NCBI GenBank assembly: GCA_038206135.1
Contig: JBBRBD010000002.1
Location: forward strand, 66,896 to 130,895
Reading direction: 5' to 3'
Source: Patescibacteria group bacterium
Lineage (GTDB): Bacteria; Patescibacteriota; Microgenomatia; UBA8517
DNA length: 64,000 nt
In this document: positions 1 through 9,281 of the stretch, in pieces
Layout: every line of letters begins with the position of its first letter
How positions within the stretch are numbered: the stretch's first letter is position 1
Translations under genes and position numbers: made by a program
Notes under the pieces: model-generated
Seen by the model: only the letters and a program-made list of their open reading frames with translations
What the model was told of the DNA's origin: nothing
Database searches by the model: none

Positions 1-70
1 TTTAACGATAACAGGCACCGATTTATTTATAAGTTTTTTTCTCTTATTAAAACTAAGGAACCCTCACCTT

Positions 71-79
71 TGATATAAT
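71..79 (+). promoter_or_regulatory. Extended -10 promoter (TGaTATAAT) placed for a leaderless transcript
   Basis: ctttTGATATAATttcttctATG. The -10 element ends 7 nt before the ATG at 87. Confidence 0.45.
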
Positions 80-86
80 TTCTTCT

Positions 87-602
87 ATGATTCTTCCTAA
101 AGTTCGAGATCAACGTTTTATAACTATTCGCCGGGGCGGGACACTAACGGACGCTCATCACCATTTGCTTTCGCTCTGGGCGGCCACGTGTGCAGAACAT
201 GTCTTGCCACTTTTTGAATCTGAAAACCCTTCTGATGAGCGGCCAGCTCATGCAATTAAACAAGCCCGTGCATGGGCTCATGGTGAAATTACCATGACAG
301 AAGCACGAGAAGCCGGAGGTCATGGCATGGCGGCTGCTAGAGGGCTTCAGGGAGCCCCACGTTATGCTGCATATGCGGCCGGTCAAGCAGCGGTCGTTTC
401 TCATGTTGCGGCCCATGAACTGGGTGCTGCAGCATACGCAATTAAAGCCGTTCAAGCTGCTGCATCCGTGGCACAAAGCGAGAACAAACGAAAACTGGAA
501 TGCCAGTGGCAGCGTGATCAGCTTCCAAAGGAAATTCGGGATCTTGTGATTGAAGATGAGTGCCTCCGAAACGATATCTGTTGGTTTGTATTTGATTGTT
601 AA
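87..602 (+). CDS. Hypothetical all-alpha, Ala-rich protein; possibly an Imm5-like polymorphic-toxin immunity protein. Compositionally foreign (GC-rich).
   Basis: Complete ORF. Runs of A-x-x-A-A-x-x-A helices (AAYAAGQAAVVSHVAAHELGAAAYAIKAVQAAAS), conserved-looking LPLFE and ARAWAHGE, acidic C-terminus. The codon composition is visibly GC-rich against AT-rich flanks. A leaderless TGATATAAT promoter ends 7 nt upstream of the ATG. The family assignment is from memory only. Confidence 0.55.
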   Translation: MILPKVRDQRFITIRRGGTLTDAHHHLLSLWAATCAEHVLPLFESENPSDERPAHAIKQARAWAHGEITMTEAREAGGHGMAAARGLQGAPRYAAYAAGQAAVVSHVAAHELGAAAYAIKAVQAAASVAQSENKRKLECQWQRDQLPKEIRDLVIEDECLRNDICWFVFDC

Positions 603-660
603 TAAACGGTTTTTAGTATTTTTCTCTGAAGCTGACCACGGTGTCTGATCTTAAAACCTT

Positions 661-1533
661 TTATTTAGGAAGAATATTATTTTTATACAGAAAGTCTGCA
701 ATCTCTTGGCTCATAAAAATTAATCCAGTTGAAGAGGGGTGAATATAATCGTCTTTATTAATGTAGTTAATATTCACATCTCCCTTGAGCATTCCATCTT
801 TATATATATTTATAAGCGGAATGTTATGTGAAGTTGCGTAATTTATATGGTTCTCAATGTATGCTTTTCGCTCCGTGACCCAGGCACTTCGCTGTTCTTG
901 ATTGAGAGTAACAACTCCTTTGCCGTAATATTTTTCAGATGGAGCAAGGTCAGCCAAAAATACAATTAAAGTACCTGGTCTTTGTGTAACTAGTTGAAGA
1001 ACTGCACTGTCCAGCGCTTCAGTTTGTTTTTTAAGCCCTTCATCTAATGGCAAGTTAGACAGTGGGTTGTGACCAAAGGAACCGATGATAATGATGTCGA
1101 GTGCTCTTTTGAAAATAGCCTCGTTTGTTTTTCCGTTGTATGTCGTATCATTGTTCAGTCGCTCATTGAGCGTTAAAATGCTTGTCGATCCGTAACCATA
1201 ATTAAATAACCCAAAAACGGTATTTGGATACTGTTTTTTTAAATCAAGTCTCAAGTAATCAAAGTTTGATCCAAACGCATCGATCATTGAGTCACCAATA
1301 AAAATTATTGTATAAGCTTCGTTATTTTTTATGACTGGCTGTTCATAGTGAGCAATTGGAGTTGGTGAGGGAGTAGGTGTTACAGAAATATTCTTAACTG
1401 TAGTGTTTGTCGAAAGTGACTCGGCGTTTGGCTTTCGAAAAAAGAGTACTGCTGCACTTATTGAGACTAACAAGAGAACAATTAAGACAAGCGTCTGGGT
1501 AAACCCACGTTCTGAAGTATTCGTGCGAATCAT
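661..1533 (-). CDS. Membrane-anchored SGNH/GDSL-family hydrolase
   Basis: N-terminal TM helix (LVLIVLLLVSISAAVLFF). Block I IIFIGDSMIDAFG (GDS). Block V DDYIHPSSTG (DxxH). Low-complexity PT-rich stalk (TPTPSPTP) after the TM. Confidence 0.7.
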   Translation of the reverse strand: MIRTNTSERGFTQTLVLIVLLLVSISAAVLFFRKPNAESLSTNTTVKNISVTPTPSPTPIAHYEQPVIKNNEAYTIIFIGDSMIDAFGSNFDYLRLDLKKQYPNTVFGLFNYGYGSTSILTLNERLNNDTTYNGKTNEAIFKRALDIIIIGSFGHNPLSNLPLDEGLKKQTEALDSAVLQLVTQRPGTLIVFLADLAPSEKYYGKGVVTLNQEQRSAWVTERKAYIENHINYATSHNIPLINIYKDGMLKGDVNINYINKDDYIHPSSTGLIFMSQEIADFLYKNNILPK

Positions 1534-1670
1534 TATTTGTTAAGCATACAGGAACATGCAGTAATCGGGACATTAACTCAAGAAAGTAACAGACGAAGAA
1601 AAATAGTTTATTTATTCGTCTTCTCCTGTTTTAAAATAAACAATAATTTTGTCATAAACACCTAAACTTT

Positions 1671-1679
1671 TGATATAAT
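1671..1679 (+). promoter_or_regulatory. Extended -10 promoter (TGaTATAAT), leaderless configuration
   Basis: cttttGATATAATttccccATG. Same 15-mer and same spacing as at 71-79. Confidence 0.45.
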
Positions 1680-1685
1680 TTCCCC

Positions 1686-2114
1686 ATGACAGAACCAAAA
1701 ACAAAAATCACCAATCAGAATCCTCAAGATTTTCTCAAAACAATTGAACCAGAACAACGGCAATTAGATTCCATCACACTTTTAAAAATGTTTGAGAAAG
1801 TGACTGGGGAAAAGGCTGTAATGTGGGGAACAAGTATGGTGGGATTTGGAAAGTATCATTATAGATCCGAAAAAAGCACCCAAGAAGGAGACTGGTTTTT
1901 GGTGGGATTCTCTCCACGAAAACAAAATCTTACCCTGTATATTATGCATGGTAATAATGATAGTTCTTCACTGCTCGAGAAATTAGGTAAACATAAGATA
2001 AGTAGTGGAATCGGCGGCTGTTTATATATCAATAAACTTTCTGATGTAGACCAAACAGTACTTGAAAAACTAATAAACACTTCATTTCAGTACATGAAAA
2101 CGAAAAACACGTAA
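1686..2114 (+). CDS. DUF1801 (YdhG-like) domain protein
   Basis: 142 aa. FGKYHY...GDWFLVGFSPRKQNLTLY is typical of the DUF1801 family. Preceded by a leaderless TGATATAAT promoter. Confidence 0.55.
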   Translation: MTEPKTKITNQNPQDFLKTIEPEQRQLDSITLLKMFEKVTGEKAVMWGTSMVGFGKYHYRSEKSTQEGDWFLVGFSPRKQNLTLYIMHGNNDSSSLLEKLGKHKISSGIGGCLYINKLSDVDQTVLEKLINTSFQYMKTKNT

Positions 2115-2209
2115 AGACTAGTAACACTCATTGCCTTTTTTTCTCAAATCGCAAACGCTTCTTACAAAAACTTTTAAAATAAACCCAACCAGAGCAAAGA
2201 CTCATAGTA

Positions 2210-2238
2210 TTGACATTTGGATTATTTGGGACTAATAT
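2210..2238 (+). promoter_or_regulatory. Sigma70-like promoter TTGACA-17-TAATAT
   Basis: Precedes the lipoprotein gene, which has a 50-nt leader and an AGGAG SD. Confidence 0.45.
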
Positions 2239-2291
2239 ATGCATCGCATCCAAGTATCTCAATCAGGGTGCTGATAATTTAGGAGCTGAGA

Positions 2292-2696
2292 ATGAAGCGT
2301 CTGATTAGTCTTATGCTGATATTCATGTTTCTACTCACCGCGTGCTCACCAGGCTTGGGGGATAGACCCAGTGGGATTGGAAAGGAAGCATACGGCCGAG
2401 GAACTGTGTCTAATCTTGAACCACTGAACAACGGTTTGTGGCAAATTTGGATATTTGGGGATAGCACCTATGTGTACTGCACCCTTGATGCCACTTTAGT
2501 GGAAAAGGTCAGAAACTCAATGTCGGAATACGACGCTGTTGTTTTTTATACCTATCGAGATTGGAAGGTTGGTGACCTTGAATATGACAATACTGATTCA
2601 ACTGGTTACAGACTAAGTACGACATGTGGGCAACTACATAAAGACACTCTTGGCAGTAAGTTGTTGTCTTTGACATTGATTAAAAAGCCACAGTAG
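2292..2696 (+). CDS. Putative lipoprotein
   Basis: Signal peptide with lipobox (LLTAC at Cys17). SD AGGAG 7 nt upstream. A TTGACA-17-TAATAT promoter lies upstream. Confidence 0.5.
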   Translation: MKRLISLMLIFMFLLTACSPGLGDRPSGIGKEAYGRGTVSNLEPLNNGLWQIWIFGDSTYVYCTLDATLVEKVRNSMSEYDAVVFYTYRDWKVGDLEYDNTDSTGYRLSTTCGQLHKDTLGSKLLSLTLIKKPQ

Positions 2697-2796
2697 TTTT
2701 CCATTGTTAGTAGTCTCCCCATTGGGGAGACTCTTTTTTACTTAAAAAAGCGTATTTATGATAGACATACTCATTTAATTTTAATAAACTTCCACT

Positions 2797-3144
2797 ATGC
2801 ATAAAACGAAACACGAAATGAAATTGCAGGCAGATTCCTTCAATGCAATGAAAACTGGGAAAAAAACTATTGAAGCTCGTCTTCTTGACGAGAAACGAAG
2901 TCTTGTAAAAATTGGAGATACTATCGAATTTAAAAACGACTCTAACCACCACCAATCTTTACAAACTGAAGTTGTCGGACTTCTTCATTATCCAAATTTT
3001 GAAACCATGTTTTCTGAAGTTACACCGCTTGTGTTTGGTTTCTCAACAAAAAGAGAATTGTTAACACAAATCGAACAATTCTACTCGACAGAGGATCAAG
3101 AAAAGTATGGTGTAGTTGGCATTAGAATAAGACTCATAGTTTGA
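2797..3144 (+). CDS. ASCH domain protein
   Basis: 115 aa. N-terminal F..MK.GKKTIE.RL.DEKR...IGD, characteristic of the ASCH beta-barrel (PUA-like). Confidence 0.6.
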   Translation: MHKTKHEMKLQADSFNAMKTGKKTIEARLLDEKRSLVKIGDTIEFKNDSNHHQSLQTEVVGLLHYPNFETMFSEVTPLVFGFSTKRELLTQIEQFYSTEDQEKYGVVGIRIRLIV

Positions 3145-3210
3145 TTGATCGTGCTTCTCATGATAAAATTCACCCTGTCGGTCATTTCACGTTAACATAA
3201 GGAGATATTA

Positions 3211-3744
3211 GTGGCTAAGATTATATATGAACAAGGTGACTGTTTTAGATTTACAGAAGGTGCAGGAGTTGTGATTGATGACAACCAAGCCCTAATCATT
3301 ACTGGCCGTGGAGGGCGCACTGGTTACGAAATTGAGAAAGGGCCAATACCCGACAGCGCCTTGCCAGCAGAGCTTGAGACTTTGGCTAGTGAAATTCAGC
3401 TGGCTATACGAGCAGTATCAGTTGTTTTGGCGAAGCCAATTTCATTTGTTCCTGCAATTCGTCCAGCAAATTCAGTGTTGTTAACCGATTTTGTTCCCTA
3501 TACCTGGGACCACAACTTGGATCTGAAAGACAAAGATTTTTTTGTTTCAGCAAACATGATTCCAGTCCTTGAAAAGTTGAAGCAGCGCGGCGTTCATCTG
3601 GTATTTGATGGGTCTAAGTCACAAGGCTTAGATATCCTCTCGAACTTAGACGAAAAGCTAGGGTCTGTGAATGTTTTCCCAGGTATATCATGGCTTTTGG
3701 GGCTGGTCCTAGCTCTCCAAGATATAGCTAAAAACATGAACTAA
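3211..3744 (+). CDS. Hypothetical protein
   Basis: 177 aa ORF with GTG start. SD AAGGAG 7 nt upstream. A bidirectional terminator follows at 3765-3798. Confidence 0.5.
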   Translation: MAKIIYEQGDCFRFTEGAGVVIDDNQALIITGRGGRTGYEIEKGPIPDSALPAELETLASEIQLAIRAVSVVLAKPISFVPAIRPANSVLLTDFVPYTWDHNLDLKDKDFFVSANMIPVLEKLKQRGVHLVFDGSKSQGLDILSNLDEKLGSVNVFPGISWLLGLVLALQDIAKNMN

Positions 3745-3764
3745 TCTTGAAAAAAGCTTCGTAC

Positions 3765-3798
3765 GGCTTATCCATTCATTGGGTAAGCCATTTTTTTT
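3765..3798. terminator. Bidirectional rho-independent terminator between convergent genes
   Basis: ggcttatcc-attcatt-gggtaagcc, with T8 on the plus strand and T6 on the minus strand. Confidence 0.65.
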
Positions 3799-3855
3799 GT
3801 GTAAAAAAATATTTCTTCAATCTCTGGATCATGTCGAGAGACATAATTTGGAGTT

Positions 3856-4272
3856 TTATGATATTAGTTCTTTAATTACCTGACTAACTCCCGGAAGTAG
3901 GGGAAGCGCAAGGGCTTCATCTTCGGAGTACCAACCGAAATCATTATGTTCATTACTTAAGCGAACTTCAGTCGAGTCGAGATCAACAGTAAAGACTATT
4001 CTAAAACAAAGTATATTTTGGCCGTTTGCCTCAGTCTCACTGTAGTTGGAAACACTTAGCTGCATATTTCTCACCGTTGCGCCAATTTCTTCCTGTATCT
4101 CACGCTTCAACGCTTCATCTGGCTTTTCATCCGCTTCTATCTTGCCCTCAACAAATTGCCAGTGATTTGGATAAGAGGCAACTGCACTTCGTTTCAATAA
4201 TAAAATCTTCCCTTCATTATTATTAATTACGGCGCTTGCTAGGGTAATAATTCTGTCTATTTTGCGGTTCAT
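3856..4272 (-). CDS. NUDIX hydrolase
   Basis: Nudix box GKIEADEKPDEALKREIQEEIG (Gx5Ex7REUxEExGU). Confidence 0.8.
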   Translation of the reverse strand: MNRKIDRIITLASAVINNNEGKILLLKRSAVASYPNHWQFVEGKIEADEKPDEALKREIQEEIGATVRNMQLSVSNYSETEANGQNILCFRIVFTVDLDSTEVRLSNEHNDFGWYSEDEALALPLLPGVSQVIKELIS

Positions 4273-4335
4273 ACTTCTTTTATTTGATGCAGTATATCAA
4301 GACAGTTCTGTACAACTACTACAACTAGTGCAATC

Positions 4336-4515
4336 ATGTGTAATATGACAACAAATGCAAAACAACGCACCACCCTATTTTTGCATCCAAGCTTAGTTAA
4401 GCAAGCTCGGGCTCAAGCTGTTCTTGAAGACATAACGCTTACGGCCCTTGTTGGAAAATCTCTTATTAAGTACTTACCTCAGGAAACTATCATAAAAAAG
4501 GAAGTAGGTGAATAG
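4336..4515 (+). CDS. Small ribbon-helix-helix (CopG/RelB-like) DNA-binding protein. Not in the ORF track (59 aa).
   Basis: Translating 4336-4515 by eye gives MCNMTTNAKQRTTLFLHPSLVKQARAQAVLEDITLTALVGKSLIKYLPQETIIKKEVGE. The beta strand (TTLFL) followed by two helices is the RHH signature. The stop lies 2 nt before the next gene. Confidence 0.4.
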   Translation: MCNMTTNAKQRTTLFLHPSLVKQARAQAVLEDITLTALVGKSLIKYLPQETIIKKEVGE

Positions 4516-4517
4516 AT

Positions 4518-4904
4518 ATGGCTCAAATTATAAAAGAAACGACGGTCTCTTCTAATAGTAATGCGGTGATTCCAAATCCAGGGAAAGATACTAATTCTCA
4601 AACAACAGAATACTTAATTTATTTCTTGTTTGGACTGCTTGATGTGTTACTCGTATTTCGTTTATTCTTTAAACTAACGGGCGCAAGTGTAGGAAGCAGT
4701 TTTGTGCATTTTATCTATCAAATAACCGGTATCTTTATTTATCCATTTGAAGGGATTTTTCATAGAGCTGTTTCGCAGGGAATTGAAACTGCTTCTGTAT
4801 TGGAACCTTCAACGATCGTCGCGATCGTTGTGTATTCAATTCTCTCGTGGGGACTCGTTATGCTCTTGAGAATTTTAACGAAGGATAAGACTGTTGGAGA
4901 GTAG
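4518..4904 (+). CDS. Small integral membrane protein (YggT-like?)
   Basis: 128 aa with 3 predicted TM helices. Confidence 0.5.
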   Translation: MAQIIKETTVSSNSNAVIPNPGKDTNSQTTEYLIYFLFGLLDVLLVFRLFFKLTGASVGSSFVHFIYQITGIFIYPFEGIFHRAVSQGIETASVLEPSTIVAIVVYSILSWGLVMLLRILTKDKTVGE

Positions 4905-4940
4905 TGAGTTTTTACAAAAAAGAAAGTAGGTGAGTAAATT

Positions 4941-5183
4941 ATGAATTCTATTATTTATTGGATCGTTTTTGGACTAATTGCAGGAAGTATTGCTAACTTT
5001 ATTGCGCCAAATGGAAAAGGTGGCATTGTTGGATCAATTATCTTGGGAATAGTTGGTGCGTTCGTTGGTGGATACTTGGGACAAACTTTCTTTGGAGTAG
5101 GAGTTAGTGGCTTTAATGTAATGTCGTTTGTCGTTGCAGTTGCAGGATCTTTAGTTGTGCTCTTTATTGCACGACTTTTCTAA
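4941..5183 (+). CDS. GlsB/YeaQ/YmgE family stress-response membrane protein
   Basis: 80 aa. WIVFGLIAGSIANFI...GGIVGSIILGIVGAFVGGYLG is the transglycosylase-associated-protein signature. Confidence 0.8.
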   Translation: MNSIIYWIVFGLIAGSIANFIAPNGKGGIVGSIILGIVGAFVGGYLGQTFFGVGVSGFNVMSFVVAVAGSLVVLFIARLF

Positions 5184-5194
5184 AAAAATCAAGG

Positions 5195-5626
5195 TTAGTG
5201 GAGGATCATACTGACGGCGAGTGCACCAGCGAGCAGTGAGGCAAATGATCCTCCTACCATGACTAGACTCTTTGTGAGCATCCACTCCCTTTTTGTGTTA
5301 CTGAATAAAATTCCAGAAACATGTGCAGGTACAATAAATCCGACCCAAATCCAAAAGGTGAGCATCACCAACGAATAATTTGGAAGCTGCGTGCGTAGCA
5401 CTACAAGAACTATTGAAGTGATTATCGTGACCAGAAGTTGAACACCAAAGAGTGGTCCCATTTCAGACATCATTTTTTGCTGAGTTTTCTTGTCGAGCTT
5501 ATCAAAACCATGAATCTTTCCCCATAGCTTACCAAAGAGCGGCGTGTACCAAATAGCTCCCACTACAAACTGTGTAAGGGTTCCAATAAATAGTGCTAAT
5601 AATTGCTGTGATGTCATAATCTTCAT
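5195..5626 (-). CDS. DUF1761 family membrane protein
   Basis: 143 aa, 4 TM helices, GAIWYTPLFGKLW motif. Confidence 0.55.
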   Translation of the reverse strand: MKIMTSQQLLALFIGTLTQFVVGAIWYTPLFGKLWGKIHGFDKLDKKTQQKMMSEMGPLFGVQLLVTIITSIVLVVLRTQLPNYSLVMLTFWIWVGFIVPAHVSGILFSNTKREWMLTKSLVMVGGSFASLLAGALAVSMILH

Positions 5627-5664
5627 TTACTGTATCGAAAGTTTTTTTCTTACGCAACACTCAA

Positions 5665-6210
5665 ATGATATACTCCACAGATATGCCACTTCTTTCGTTC
5701 GAAACCAAATTATTTGAAATAAATAAAACTGTTATTGCCCTACTAAAAAAGAATGAAAGTGAAAAGCTTCCTTCTCGAGGAATGGCACTGGTTACGGGCA
5801 CAATAAATAGTTTTCAGTTTACAACTCCGCTTGAGCCCGATGGTCGTGGTAGCCATTGGTTAAAAGTAACGACGGACATGCAAAAAGAAGCACACCTGAA
5901 AACTGGGCAAACAATAAAACTTGAACTTGATATTTCTTCAGAGTGGCCAGAGCCAAAAATTCCATCAGATGTTTTGTCTGCATTAAAAAATGACGAAAAA
6001 GCTAACAAGCTGTGGAATGAAATCACCCCGATGGCTCGCTGGGATTGGCTTCGATGGATTGATTCAACAAAAAACGTTGAGACAAGAGCACACCGCATTG
6101 AAGTTGCTTGCTCTAAGCTTAGGAAGGGAACGAGGAGACCATGCTGCTTTAATAGATCAATGTGTTGCGATGTATCCGTTTCCCAAAGTGGATTATTAAC
6201 AGAAGTATGA
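5665..6210 (+). CDS. DUF1905 + YdeI/OmpD-associated family protein
   Basis: N-terminal DUF1905-like beta region. C-terminal W.WL.WI...K..ETRA.RIE...KL..G.RRPCCF motif, typical of YdeI-like proteins. Confidence 0.6.
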   Translation: MIYSTDMPLLSFETKLFEINKTVIALLKKNESEKLPSRGMALVTGTINSFQFTTPLEPDGRGSHWLKVTTDMQKEAHLKTGQTIKLELDISSEWPEPKIPSDVLSALKNDEKANKLWNEITPMARWDWLRWIDSTKNVETRAHRIEVACSKLRKGTRRPCCFNRSMCCDVSVSQSGLLTEV

Positions 6211-6737
6211 AAAAAGTTGTGATAGCCTCCACTAACCCCGTTAAAATTGAAACAACAAGCCGAGGTTTTTCAAAGATGTTTCCAGATCTTAAATTTGAAT
6301 TTATAGGGGTGTCAGCCCCTTCTGGAGTTTCAGACCAGCCCATGAGTGAAGTAGAAACGTTAAACGGCGCAATAAACAGAGCAGAAAATGTATCAAAACT
6401 AGAGAATAAGGCAGATTTTTGGGTTGGAATCGAGGGTGGTCTTGAAGAAATTAGCACCGAAATGGAATCTTTTGCTTGGGTTGTTGTAAAGTCCAAGTCT
6501 GGTAAATTTGGCAAGGGTAGAACTGGATCATTCTTCTTGCCTGATAAAGTGACAAGACTTATAAAACAAGGAAAAGAATTAGGCGAGGCGGATGATATCG
6601 TCTTTAAAATGGAAAATTCAAAACAAGCAAATGGGTCTGTGGGGATTCTAACGGGAAACGTTTTAACCAGAACCAGCTTTTATGAACCTGCAGTGATACT
6701 TGCGTTGATACCATTTAAAAATGGGGAACTATATTAA
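6207..6737 (+). CDS. Non-canonical purine NTP phosphatase (inosine/xanthosine triphosphatase, YjjX family)
   Basis: MKKVVIASTNPVKIETT...GIEGG is the family N-terminus. The ATG overlaps the upstream stop (ATGA). The ORF-track start at 6162 is probably an upstream extension. Confidence 0.65.
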   Translation: MKKVVIASTNPVKIETTSRGFSKMFPDLKFEFIGVSAPSGVSDQPMSEVETLNGAINRAENVSKLENKADFWVGIEGGLEEISTEMESFAWVVVKSKSGKFGKGRTGSFFLPDKVTRLIKQGKELGEADDIVFKMENSKQANGSVGILTGNVLTRTSFYEPAVILALIPFKNGELY

Positions 6738-6845
6738 TGTAAATAGCATCGGTGAAGCTTCTGTTGCATAATTGATTGTTTCAAAATGATTGTATTTTCA
6801 AAAAACTCTATTAAGGGTTGTGACTAAAATAAGGTATTATTAAGA

Positions 6846-9281
6846 ATGCGTAAAGAGAGAGGTCTCTCTACTATTCGAGCAGAGCACCTCCGAATTAAGT
6901 TTGGTAAAAATTTGCTTCCTGAAAATCCACCACCTTCAAATGTCAGCTTGTTCCTTTCTCAATTCAAAAACCCACTTATTTATGTTCTGCTTGTTGCAGG
7001 GGTTTTAACGATTGCAATTCAGCATTTCTCAGATGCACTCATTATTTTAATTTCTGTCTCAATTAATACAGTACTCGGATTTATTCAAGAAAGAAAAGCA
7101 TCCACCGCTTTATATGCGCTGAAACATTACGTTTCAAGTGAATCTATTGTTTTCCGAGAAGGAAAAAGAACACAGGTTGACACTGAAGATCTTGTACCAG
7201 GTGATGTTGTAATTCTTTCACAAGGCACAAAAATTCCCGCGGATGGGGTGTTGATAAGTGCAAATAGACTGTTTGTAAATGAGTCGATTTTAACAGGTGA
7301 GAGTATTTCAGTTGAAAAAGTTGGTAAGAATGAAACATTCATGGGAACAACTGTCGCAACAGGCCAAGGAATTATGCGGGTGACAACGATTGGAGCACAA
7401 ACTCGTATGGGTGCCATTGCACTGAAAATTCAAGAAAAAGAAGAAGACACACCGTTGCAAAAACAATTGAAAATTTTTAGTCGACAACTTATCCTTGTTA
7501 TCACAGTATTGATATTTATTGTGTTCATCCTAGGGATACTTCGTGGATATAGCTTGACAGAAATATTCGTTACTTCGGTTGCTTTGGCAGTCTCAAGTAT
7601 TCCAGAAGGACTTATTGTTTCGCTTACCGTAGTACTTGCAATCGGAATGCAAAAAATTCTGAAGAGAAAAGGGTTGGTACGAAAACTTTCCGCTGCGGAA
7701 ACATTAGGGGGAGTAACCACTATTTGTGTTGATAAAACAGGAACTCTCACTGAAGGACGAATGGAGGTCGTCACAATAGTTGGAGACACTAAAAAGATTG
7801 CAGAGCAAGTACTTACTGCAAATGACCTAGACGACCCAATTGTTGTTGCGGCATATGCGTGGGGAAAGAAAATAATACCGGAATTTACCAATGAAAACAC
7901 CCGTCTCGACAGTATTCCATTTTCTTCAGAAGCACGCTGCTTTGTGAGTTTGAACTCCTGGAATTCTCAAGCGAATAGAATGTTCGTAAACGGTGCCCCA
8001 GAAGTTATTTTAAATTGGACAACCCTGACAAAGAAACAACGACATGAGGTACTTTTAAAAATTGACGAGCTTACAAAACAAGGCATGCGATTAATGGGAG
8101 TAGCGTATAAATCTGTTTCGCTTTCCAAAAAAAGAATTGAAAATACTGATCACAAAAGCGACCTCATATGGGGTGGAGTACTCGCATTTTCAGATCCGGT
8201 AAGGAGTGGGGTAAAAACTGCTCTTGAGAAGGCGTCAGCCGCGGGAATTCGTACCGTTGTTATTACCGGCGATTATGCAAAGACTTCACAATTTGTTTTG
8301 TCACAGTTGGGAATTGAATTATCTGAGGATCAAATAATTACGGGAGAAGAGGTACGAAAACTTTCAGTTGCAGAGCTTTCTGAAAAAGTGCAATCAATTA
8401 GACTGTTTGCACGCACAACACCTGACCAAAAGCTCATGATTGTAAAGGCGTTTAAAAGAAATGGAGAAGTCGTTTCGATGATGGGAGATGGCGTTAACGA
8501 TGCCCCGGCTTTACATGAATCAGATATAGGCGTTGCAGTAGGAGAAGCAACTGACGTTGCGAAAGAATCTGCAGACTTGGTACTCCTTAATTCAAACTTC
8601 TCAACTATTATTGCTTCAATAGAAGAAGGACGTTCTATCTTTGAAAATATTCGAAAAATTATTTTATATTTGATGACAGATGCGTTTGCAGAAATAATTG
8701 TGGTTTTAGGAAGTATTCTCTTAGGGTTTCCTTTAGCCATTTCTGCGGTCCAAATTTTGTGGGTGAACTTGGTGTCAGATGGGTTTCCAAACTTGGCGCT
8801 TACAATAGACCCCACAAGAGCAAGTGTAATGAGTGAGCGTCCGAGATCTCCGAGAGAGCAACTAGTTAACTCGTGGATGTTTTTGTTAATTGGAGTCGTA
8901 AGCACTGTTGCTGGTCTTTTAGCTCTGGGATCCTTTGTATTTGTACACAGACAGTCAGGTGATATAGAACTTGCTCGGTCAGTAGCCTTTATCACGCTTG
9001 GACTGAACTCTTTAATATATGTTTTTTCATTAAGGTCCCTTATGTTGCCATTTTGGAAGAGTAACCTGTTTGAAAATAAATGGCTCGTCCTGGCAGTTCT
9101 TTCAGGATTTGTTTTACAATGGATTCCATTTTCGCTCCCAATTACCAGAAAGTTTTTTGGGCTTGTTCCATTATCGGTAAGTTACTGGATTGCAGCCATC
9201 GGCTTATCACTTGCAATGTTTGCGGTTGTTGAAGTTTTCAAGTTAATTTACCACAACAGAATAGTGAAGGGGAGAGTTTAA
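6846..9281 (+). CDS. Cation-translocating P-type ATPase, type II (Ca2+-ATPase-like)
   Basis: DKTGTLT phosphorylation site, TGES, PEGL in TM4, GDGVNDAPAL hinge, N-terminal cation-ATPase_N region. Confidence 0.9.
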   Translation: MRKERGLSTIRAEHLRIKFGKNLLPENPPPSNVSLFLSQFKNPLIYVLLVAGVLTIAIQHFSDALIILISVSINTVLGFIQERKASTALYALKHYVSSESIVFREGKRTQVDTEDLVPGDVVILSQGTKIPADGVLISANRLFVNESILTGESISVEKVGKNETFMGTTVATGQGIMRVTTIGAQTRMGAIALKIQEKEEDTPLQKQLKIFSRQLILVITVLIFIVFILGILRGYSLTEIFVTSVALAVSSIPEGLIVSLTVVLAIGMQKILKRKGLVRKLSAAETLGGVTTICVDKTGTLTEGRMEVVTIVGDTKKIAEQVLTANDLDDPIVVAAYAWGKKIIPEFTNENTRLDSIPFSSEARCFVSLNSWNSQANRMFVNGAPEVILNWTTLTKKQRHEVLLKIDELTKQGMRLMGVAYKSVSLSKKRIENTDHKSDLIWGGVLAFSDPVRSGVKTALEKASAAGIRTVVITGDYAKTSQFVLSQLGIELSEDQIITGEEVRKLSVAELSEKVQSIRLFARTTPDQKLMIVKAFKRNGEVVSMMGDGVNDAPALHESDIGVAVGEATDVAKESADLVLLNSNFSTIIASIEEGRSIFENIRKIILYLMTDAFAEIIVVLGSILLGFPLAISAVQILWVNLVSDGFPNLALTIDPTRASVMSERPRSPREQLVNSWMFLLIGVVSTVAGLLALGSFVFVHRQSGDIELARSVAFITLGLNSLIYVFSLRSLMLPFWKSNLFENKWLVLAVLSGFVLQWIPFSLPITRKFFGLVPLSVSYWIAAIGLSLAMFAVVEVFKLIYHNRIVKGRV

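Noticed and set aside
144-549. Antisense and overlapping ORFs inside gene 87-602 (144-476 minus, 322-549 plus)
   Set aside because: GC-rich sequence yields long spurious frames. No independent signals.
7127-8995. Minus-strand ORFs inside the P-type ATPase gene (7127-7417, 7430-7900, 8330-8995)
   Set aside because: Embedded antisense to a gene with unambiguous motifs.
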